Source: an uncultured Actinomycetes bacterium (GTDB taxonomy: Bacteria > Actinomycetota > Actinomycetes > S36-B12). Taken from it: 64,000 nucleotides of DNA. The stretch covers positions 1,354 to 65,353 of the forward strand of contig CAJXNV010000001.1 in assembly GCA_913057155.1 (NCBI GenBank), given 5' to 3'. A program made the translations under genes and the position numbers. Shown piece by piece: positions 58,234 to 64,000 of this stretch. Positions within the stretch are counted from its first letter, which is position 1. Every line of letters starts with the position of its first letter. The notes beneath the pieces were generated by a model, which had not been told where the DNA came from, searched no databases, and was given only the letters and a program-made list of their open reading frames with translations.

Positions 58234-58383
58234 TTAGGCCCAACCCGCCACGACGACGGACAGCACGTACAAGATGCTGCCGGTCGCTACACCGGCCACC
58301 ATCACAGCGACCCCGGTACGTACCGGACCTAGCCCGGTGATCGTGGTCGTCTGCGAGACGGTCGTCTCATCGATTGCTGCCAT
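58234..58383 (-). CDS. candidate 49-aa single-TM small protein between mraZ and rsmH
   Basis: ATG 58381-58383 is preceded by GAGGAG with a 5-nt spacer. By eye the GC3 is ~78%. The C-terminal hydrophobic helix is [26 protein letters not shown] recognised no homology. Confidence 0.4.
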   Translation of the reverse strand: MAAIDETTVSQTTTITGLGPVRTGVAVMVAGVATGSILYVLSVVVAGWA

Positions 58384-58494
58384 GTCGGCTCCTCGTTCGC
58401 GGTCGAGTCGTGCTGGTGCATCTACTGGTCGTGTTGCTGTCGGAATTGGCCGGGTGTCGATATTCACCGTCCCGGTCAGGTCCCCGCCCGCTTT

Positions 58495-58532
58495 GCGCGT
58501 CCTGGCACCGGGGAAGGAGTGCCAGGGGGCGC
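58495..58532 (-). terminator. strong GC hairpin 30 nt downstream of mraZ (attenuator/terminator or part of a structured RNA)
   Basis: The minus-strand RNA is GCGC-CC-CCUGGCAC-[UCCUUCCCCG]-GUGCCAGG-AC-GCGC, giving 8 + 4 bp of stem. There is no U-tract. Confidence 0.5.
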
Positions 58533-58562
58533 CCAGCGGGTGGGGGCCTCACCGCAGGTGGG

Positions 58563-58994
58563 TCACAGCACCCCGGGGATCACCTCCTCGTCGATTCCGG
58601 AGAAGTCGTCTTCTTGCCGTCCGAGGTAGGTCTCCCAGGTGGCGGCGTCCCAGATCTCCGCCGTGCTGCCGTTTCCGACGACGATGACGTCGCGGTCGAG
58701 GCCGGCGTACTCGCGCAGTGCGGTCGGGACGGTCACCCGGCCTTGACGATCCGGGATCTCATCGGAGGCCCCGGAGAACAGCACCCGCAGGTAGGCACGA
58801 ACCCGAGCGTCGGATCGGGAGGCTTCGTTCAGGCGCTCGGAGTAGGCCGCGAACTCCGCCGCCGGCCAGACCACGATCGAACGGTCCTGGCCCTTGGTCA
58901 GGACCAGGCCGGCCGCGAGTTGCTCGCGGAACTTCGCCGGCAGGACCAGCCGACCCTTGTCGTCGAGTCGGGGAGCGTGGGTGCCCAAGAACAC
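58563..58994 (-). CDS. mraZ: transcriptional regulator MraZ
   Basis: 143-aa ORF with two SpoVT/AbrB-like halves ([13 protein letters not shown] and [13 protein letters not shown]). It is the first gene of the dcw cluster. Confidence 0.95.
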   Translation of the reverse strand: MFLGTHAPRLDDKGRLVLPAKFREQLAAGLVLTKGQDRSIVVWPAAEFAAYSERLNEASRSDARVRAYLRVLFSGASDEIPDRQGRVTVPTALREYAGLDRDVIVVGNGSTAEIWDAATWETYLGRQEDDFSGIDEEVIPGVL

Positions 58995-59046
58995 CGTGCA
59001 CCACTCCCCTCATCTGTCCCTTATGCCACACACATCACTCAGGTAA

Positions 59047-59088
59047 CCCCAAGTGCCGCCACTCTACTCCACTTTGCTCCACCGTCAA
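59047..59088 (-). promoter_or_regulatory. candidate Pmra promoter with three phased MraZ boxes
   Basis: The minus strand reads TTGACG-GTGGAGCAAAGTGGAG-TAGAGT-GGCGG. The -35 TTGACG is at 59083-59088 and the -10 TAGAGT at 59061-59066, with a 16-nt spacer. GTGG repeats (CCAC on the plus strand at 59059, 59069 and 59079) are spaced exactly 10 bp apart. Confidence 0.6.
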
Positions 59089-59199
59089 CCCTCTGATGGC
59101 ACTTCCAGCCCCCTTTCCTCCCCCGGCACACCACTGCCCGGTGTCAAGGCGGCGTGGAGCGTTCGGGTATCCGGTCCGCGGCCGCCTAGAGTTCGGCAG

Positions 59200-60369
59200 A
59201 TGCCCCGCCGGTCCCCTCGATCCGCGCCCCATGCAGCCACGGCGGCCACCGGACTGGCCCCACTGCTGGCCCCACTACTGGCCCTGTCGCTCGTCCTAGC
59301 CGCCTGCGGTGCGCCGACCTCCTCCCCCGCACCGACCGAGTCCGAACCGGCGTCGGCTTCCGCCACGCCAACTCCCACTTCCACCCCCACGCCGACGCCC
59401 ACGCCGACGCCAACCCCCACGCCGACCCCGACGCCCACGCCGACTTCTCCCCTGGACGGACTCCCCGACCCCACGCCCGGGCCGGTCCTCGCGGTCAAGC
59501 TCGACAACACCCGCAACGCTCAGCCGCACGCGGGACTACACGAAGCGGATGTCGTCTACATCGAGGAAGTCGAGTACGGCATCACCCGACTAGCCGCCGT
59601 GTTCGCCGACGACGTCCCCCGACGCATCGGCCCGGTCCGATCGGCCCGCATCACCGACATCGACCTACTGGCCCAATACGGGTCCCCTGCCTTCAGCTTC
59701 TCCGGCGTGCAGCGCAAGATGTGGCCGGTCATCGCCGGATCGACGCTGATCGACATCTCACCCAATAAGGCGGCATCGGCGTACGAACGCGACTTCTCCC
59801 GTCGCGCCCCCTACAACTACTTCCTCGATGGTCGGCAGGGACTGAAGGCGGCACCCGATGCTTCCCTCGAACGCGATATCGGCTTCACCTTCGCCGATAG
59901 CCCGCCCCCCGATGGCAAGGTCGGGCTGTCGGCTCGGGTCGACTGGCCGGCGGCTTCAGCGGAATTCCGCTACGACCAGGCATCGCGCCTGTACTTGGTC
60001 GAACTCAACGATCGCCCGGCGCAAGCCGAGGAGCACGAGGATGGTCAACGGGCGGCGACCGTCGTCATCCAGTACGTGGAGCAGAACCCCTCGCAGTTCT
60101 TCGACAAAGGCGGCGGGAACACCCCGCACGCGGAGACCATCGGCAAGGGCAAGGCCGTGATCTTGCGTGATGGGCTGCGCTACGACGCTCGCTGGAAGCG
60201 CACCGATGCCGATGCCGGCACCACCTTCACCACCAAGGACGGTGAACCGTTGGCCTTCAAGCCCGGTCAGGTCTGGGTGGCACTCGCGGATAAGACGCGG
60301 CCGGCAACGCTGTTCCCGGCACCCGCGAAGGAAGCATCCGCCGACGAGGAAGCGGACTCAGCGCAGTAG
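59200..60369 (+). CDS. DUF3048-domain lipoprotein with a Pro/Thr linker
   Basis: Signal peptide with lipobox LVLAAC, then a (TP)n linker, then a domain with VLAVKLDNTRNAQPHAGL and VVYIEEVEYGITRLAAVF motifs. I start it at ATG 59200. The track start at 59053 lies in the mraZ promoter. Confidence 0.75.
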   Translation: MPRRSPRSAPHAATAATGLAPLLAPLLALSLVLAACGAPTSSPAPTESEPASASATPTPTSTPTPTPTPTPTPTPTPTPTPTSPLDGLPDPTPGPVLAVKLDNTRNAQPHAGLHEADVVYIEEVEYGITRLAAVFADDVPRRIGPVRSARITDIDLLAQYGSPAFSFSGVQRKMWPVIAGSTLIDISPNKAASAYERDFSRRAPYNYFLDGRQGLKAAPDASLERDIGFTFADSPPPDGKVGLSARVDWPAASAEFRYDQASRLYLVELNDRPAQAEEHEDGQRAATVVIQYVEQNPSQFFDKGGGNTPHAETIGKGKAVILRDGLRYDARWKRTDADAGTTFTTKDGEPLAFKPGQVWVALADKTRPATLFPAPAKEASADEEADSAQ

Positions 60370-60386
60370 GCACCGACCGTTACTAG

Positions 60387-60806
60387 CTACGAACGAGCTG
60401 GCGGCTGCTTCGGATCGGTGCAAGGCACCACCGTGCGAACTCCTTCGACGTCGTAGGCGTACACCGCCCACTGCCCGAAGTCAGCCGCGATCGACACCCC
60501 GACCTCCACCGGCATCCCCCACGCCAGCCAACCAGGTTCCCGCCACGTGCCATCCGCGGAGAAGCCATCGGCCGGCCACACCTCGTAACCGGAATCCACT
60601 AAGACTTCCAGTAGGCGCTCGTTGGCGGCCTCGTTTTCCGCCCAGGTCGGACGATCGGTTCCCGGGTTGTAGGCCGTCAGCACGATCGCGGACTGCCGGC
60701 GAGACAAGCACTCCAACGAAGGGTCGACCCACTCGCGATCAGCCGGGTTCTCCGTACTCACCAAGGCCTCTTCGTAGATCGCGAAGAGCGTCGTGTGCTC
60801 ACTCAC
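60387..60806 (-). CDS. DUF3293-like hypothetical protein
   Basis: 139-aa ORF. The family assignment is from memory of the motif pattern (IVLTAYNPG...NEAANERL) and should be verified. Confidence 0.5.
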   Translation of the reverse strand: MSEHTTLFAIYEEALVSTENPADREWVDPSLECLSRRQSAIVLTAYNPGTDRPTWAENEAANERLLEVLVDSGYEVWPADGFSADGTWREPGWLAWGMPVEVGVSIAADFGQWAVYAYDVEGVRTVVPCTDPKQPPARS

Positions 60807-60832
60807 CCGTCCATCATGCCAAGTAATCGTCC

Positions 60833-61156
60833 ATGTGGGTCGTGGAGCACACAGGCGTAAACGTCATCGGCCATACTCCAGTGGTGTCCTCCACCGCGCA
60901 GCAGATCATGACGAGCACACCCCGCTCCCGCTGGAGCATCGCGTCGCGGGACTCCGTGCTGTCCATCGCCTCGAGCGGATCGGTCCTGTCGATCGGCTCC
61001 GTGGGATCGGCGTTCTCGGTCGCCAGCATCGGCTCCTTCGCCTCGGTGCTGAGCATCGGCAGCTTCGCCAGCGTTGGCAGTGCCCTTTCCGGCCTGTCCC
61101 GCCTAGCCATCATGTCGTGGCGATCCCATCGCGGCGTCATGAGTGCGCCCGAGTAG
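60833..61156 (+). CDS. hypothetical Ser-rich protein with five SxxSxxSxG nonapeptide repeats
   Basis: 107-aa ORF containing SVLSIASSG SVLSIGSVG SAFSVASIG SFASVLSIG SFASVGSAL. It has high GC3, but the antisense ORF 60814..61140 shares the same wobble positions, so the strand is not certain. No SD is evident. Confidence 0.35.
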   Translation: MWVVEHTGVNVIGHTPVVSSTAQQIMTSTPRSRWSIASRDSVLSIASSGSVLSIGSVGSAFSVASIGSFASVLSIGSFASVGSALSGLSRLAIMSWRSHRGVMSAPE

Positions 61157-61236
61157 CAGGTTCCCCGCCGTTAACCCGCCCGTGAAAGACTCCTCTACCC
61201 CCAAACTCCCCTGGGCGGTACATAGGAAGGCGACCG

Positions 61237-63339
61237 GTGTCGGGCAACGTCCGCGAGGAGCAGGAGTTCGTCGATAGGGCCACGAGCCTGGTCAACGAGC
61301 ACATCGCCTACCTGTCCGCGCGTATCGACGCCACCAAACGGGCACCGGGAACCGGGACCGGCCAGGACGACCTCGAGCGCGAAGCTCACCTCGACAACCT
61401 GAACCAGCAGCTGAACGCTGCCTTGGCAGCCCGCAAGCGCATCTGCTTCGGTCGCCTGCGATTCGCCACCGGCGAGGACGACCACGTCGGTCGCATGGGC
61501 CTTCGCGGCGAAGACGGCGAGGTCGTACTGCTGGACTGGCGAGCACCGCACGCCGCCGCCTTCTACCGCGCGACATTGAAGGACCCGATGGGTCTGACGC
61601 TGCGTCGACGTATCGCATCGCGGGCAACCGCCGATGGTCCGGAAGTCACCCATGTCGACGACGAGACCTTCGATTCCGGCGCCGACTTCGATTCCGATGC
61701 AGCCGCGAGCCAAGCACTCGACGCGCCCCGCGAAGGTCGGATGGCCGACATCTTGGCCACCATCGCCGCGGACCAGGACGCCATCATCCGCAGTCCACTC
61801 GAAGTGGTCACCGTGGTCGAAGGTGGACCCGGCACCGGCAAGACCGTCGTCGCCTTGCACCGAGCCGCGTGGTTGCTCTACACCCACCGAGATCGCCTGT
61901 CGCGAGACGGCGTCTTGATCGTGGGGCCGAGCACGGTCTTCTTGCAGTACATCGACCAGGTGCTGCCGAGCCTGGGCGAGACCGATGTCGTCCTCCTCAC
62001 CCCCGATCAGTTCTATCCGGCGGTGCGACCGAGTGCCGATGACCGTCGCGATGTGGCGCGCATCAAGGGCGATGCGCGAATGGCGAAGGTGATCGCGGCG
62101 GCGGTGGCCGCTCGGGTCCGGATCCCCACCTCCGATCTGACCATCCGAACCACCACGGGAAGCACGGTGCGGATCACCGTCGAACAACTGCAGCAGGCCG
62201 CGCGGGGCCTGTCCAAGACGCGCAATTTCCACGAAGGTCGTGATCCCTTCTTACGTCGAGTCCTCGCGGCTGCGGCGCGCAACCTCGCCCGCGACACCGG
62301 CCATGACCCCGACGACGAGGACTACTGCCAGGACCTCGTCGCTTCGCTCGTCGAGGACGCGAACATGCGACGGGAACTGAACTTGATGTGGCTGCCCACC
62401 ACCGCGGAACGGGTGGTGCAGCGACTACTGACCGATGAGCCAACGTTGCAGGCGGCCGCCGGTTCGATACTCAGCGAGGCGGAGTGGCGTCTGTTGCTGC
62501 GCGACCCGGATGCGCCCTGGACCCGCGACGACATCCCCTTGTTGGACGAAGCAGCCCACGCCCTTGGACCCTGGTCCCCACCGACCGCACCGGATTCCGA
62601 GCCCACGGGCTACCGCGAACTCCAAGCAGAGGACGCCTATCGGGTGAGCCCGCACCGAGGCGAGCAGCCACGATCCACTTTGGCCGAACGGGCGCTCGAT
62701 GACCGCGAGTGGGTCTACGGGCATGTGATCGTCGACGAAGCGCAGGAACTAAGCGCCATGGCCTGGCGGGCAATCGCCCGCAGATCCACCCGCAAGTCGA
62801 TGACCGTGGTCGGTGATCTGCAACAGGCATCGCATCCGGCCGCCGCCCGCAACTGGGATGCGGCCCTCGGCTGGGCCGGTGACCGCATCGAGCGCCACAC
62901 CTTGACGGTCACCTACCGCATCACCCGACAGATCGCCGAGGCAGCAACGGATTTGCTCGAGCGAGCGGGGGGCACTCCCCCACTCCTCACACCGATTCGC
63001 GATGGTGCACCCGTCGCGCGCGTGCAACTCGCGATCACCGAGTTAGCCGACTACGCCAAAGCCGTAGCGCGTCCGGACGGCCGCAGCGCGGTGATCGTCG
63101 CGGACACCGCTTTCGAGTCGATGCGGGCTCATCTGCTCGATGACCACTTCGGTTTCGATGCGGCGGCGCTCGATGCTCCGATCGCGGTCGTCACCGCGCA
63201 GCAATCCAAGGGCCTGGAGTTCGATTGCGTGATCGTGGTCGACCCCGATCTATTGAGCGAGCAGCGACCGATGGGCTCGGATGTCTACGTGGCCGCGACG
63301 CGGGCGACCCAGGAACTGCACCTGGTCAGCCTCATCTGA
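61237..63339 (+). CDS. helD: HelD-like UvrD-family ATPase (RNA-polymerase-associated helicase-like protein)
   Basis: 700-aa ORF. It has a long coiled N-terminal arm, Walker A GGPGTGKT, VIVDEAQELS, MTVVGDLQQ, and the C-terminal KGLEFDCVIVVD and YVAATRATQEL motifs. GTG start with a GGAAGG SD. Confidence 0.75.
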   Translation: MSGNVREEQEFVDRATSLVNEHIAYLSARIDATKRAPGTGTGQDDLEREAHLDNLNQQLNAALAARKRICFGRLRFATGEDDHVGRMGLRGEDGEVVLLDWRAPHAAAFYRATLKDPMGLTLRRRIASRATADGPEVTHVDDETFDSGADFDSDAAASQALDAPREGRMADILATIAADQDAIIRSPLEVVTVVEGGPGTGKTVVALHRAAWLLYTHRDRLSRDGVLIVGPSTVFLQYIDQVLPSLGETDVVLLTPDQFYPAVRPSADDRRDVARIKGDARMAKVIAAAVAARVRIPTSDLTIRTTTGSTVRITVEQLQQAARGLSKTRNFHEGRDPFLRRVLAAAARNLARDTGHDPDDEDYCQDLVASLVEDANMRRELNLMWLPTTAERVVQRLLTDEPTLQAAAGSILSEAEWRLLLRDPDAPWTRDDIPLLDEAAHALGPWSPPTAPDSEPTGYRELQAEDAYRVSPHRGEQPRSTLAERALDDREWVYGHVIVDEAQELSAMAWRAIARRSTRKSMTVVGDLQQASHPAAARNWDAALGWAGDRIERHTLTVTYRITRQIAEAATDLLERAGGTPPLLTPIRDGAPVARVQLAITELADYAKAVARPDGRSAVIVADTAFESMRAHLLDDHFGFDAAALDAPIAVVTAQQSKGLEFDCVIVVDPDLLSEQRPMGSDVYVAATRATQELHLVSLI

Positions 63340-63361
63340 GGCCAGCGGATCGCTAGCGCCG

Positions 63362-63772
63362 TCAGCGGTAGACCAGCACCGGGCAGGGAGCGTGGTTGAC
63401 GCACGCGTTGGCCACCGAACCGATGTGCACATCCGGGAGCGCGCCGTGCCCGCGCGCTCCCACCACGAGCAACTCGGCTCCCTGCGCGGCCAAGTTCAAC
63501 GCCTGCGACGGTCGTTCGGGCACCAGCCGCGCCTCCACATCGACCCCGGGTACTTGCTTTGTTGCTCGCTCGATACACGAGTCGAGCATCTCCTGCGCAT
63601 CGCGTGCGTAGTCGGCTTCGGAGTAGGTGGGCGTGATGTAGATGGTCCACGGAACCACGTAGCCCGTCACCACGACGACCCGAAGGTCCCGTTCGGCGGC
63701 GTAGCGCATCGCCCACTCCAGGGCCTGCTCACTCGGCTCGGAACCATCGACGCCAACCACTACGAAACCCAT
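63362..63772 (-). CDS. universal stress protein (UspA family)
   Basis: 136-aa ORF with VVVGVDGSEPSEQAL, LLVVGARGHG and GSVANACVNHAPCPVLVY motifs. Confidence 0.88.
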   Translation of the reverse strand: MGFVVVGVDGSEPSEQALEWAMRYAAERDLRVVVVTGYVVPWTIYITPTYSEADYARDAQEMLDSCIERATKQVPGVDVEARLVPERPSQALNLAAQGAELLVVGARGHGALPDVHIGSVANACVNHAPCPVLVYR

Positions 63773-63901
63773 GTCAGAAGACCCCGTCCATAGAACCCAT
63801 CTTCTCCGACGACGCTAATCGGCGGACCTTGCCGATGCAATCGGGCATTCGGTCATGCCCGGTGTTCATCCGGCCGATGGATGCGTTTGCCTCGCGCATC
63901 G

Positions 63902-64000
63902 CTAATCGCGCTCGTCGGCCACCGGCGGTATCTCGGTTCGCGAGTCGCGAAGCGACTCGGTGACATCGGCGGGCATCTCGAGTTCAGTGGCGGCAACGAC
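63902..64000 (-). CDS. possible 3' end (32 codons) of an unidentified CDS running off the window
   Basis: An open frame ending at TAG 63902-63904 reads ...ELEMPADVTESLRDSRTEIPPVADERD. By eye the GC3 is ~75%. It is too short to identify. Confidence 0.3.
   Translation of the reverse strand, partial: VVAATELEMPADVTESLRDSRTEIPPVADERD

Noticed and set aside
60814-61140. Minus-strand 108-aa acidic ORF as the real gene instead of the plus-strand Ser-repeat ORF.
   Set aside because: This is not fully rejected, because it shares wobble positions with the plus ORF. I favour the plus strand because the SxxSxxSxG repeat is more regular and the minus ORF would overlap the DUF3293-like gene start region. 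The question is kept open in the findings.

Overview
This window is a high-GC, actinobacterial-type chromosomal core segment. About 60 CDS are supported and about 55 of them lie on the minus strand, mostly chained by 4-nt ATGA/GTGA stop-start overlaps. In plus-strand coordinate order it holds: the pyr operon (pyrR-pyrB-pyrC-membrane protein-carA-carB) with a PyrR-binding leader; pyk; gltBD; a fused his-trp super-operon (hisD-C-B-H-priA-hisF-hisI-trpE ... trpC-B-A-dsbA-like-lgt); a LON-domain gene and ybaK; a dksA-like gene, lspA, an rluD-like gene and dnaE; ileS; the complete dcw/fts cluster from mraZ to divIVA; and a short, more variable tail (DUF3048 lipoprotein, DUF3293 protein, Ser-repeat ORF, HelD-like ATPase, Usp). 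I found no tRNA or rRNA genes, CRISPR arrays, transposases, integrases, prophage genes or recognisable defence genes, and I cannot support a claim of a novel multi-gene system. The leads worth a second look are: (1) two inverted arrays of a 21-bp-period repeat between pyk and pyrR; (2) a two-component system and small membrane proteins translationally coupled inside the trp operon; (3) a 380-bp mraZ-rsmH spacer with a strong hairpin and a small SD-preceded transmembrane ORF; (4) a histone-tail/DksA fusion protein; (5) a 23-bp x3 tandem repeat filling the LON-ybaK junction; (6) a Ser-rich nonapeptide-repeat ORF; (7) a G4 motif upstream of ftsZ. All product calls rest on motifs read by eye and on synteny. 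No database search was run.
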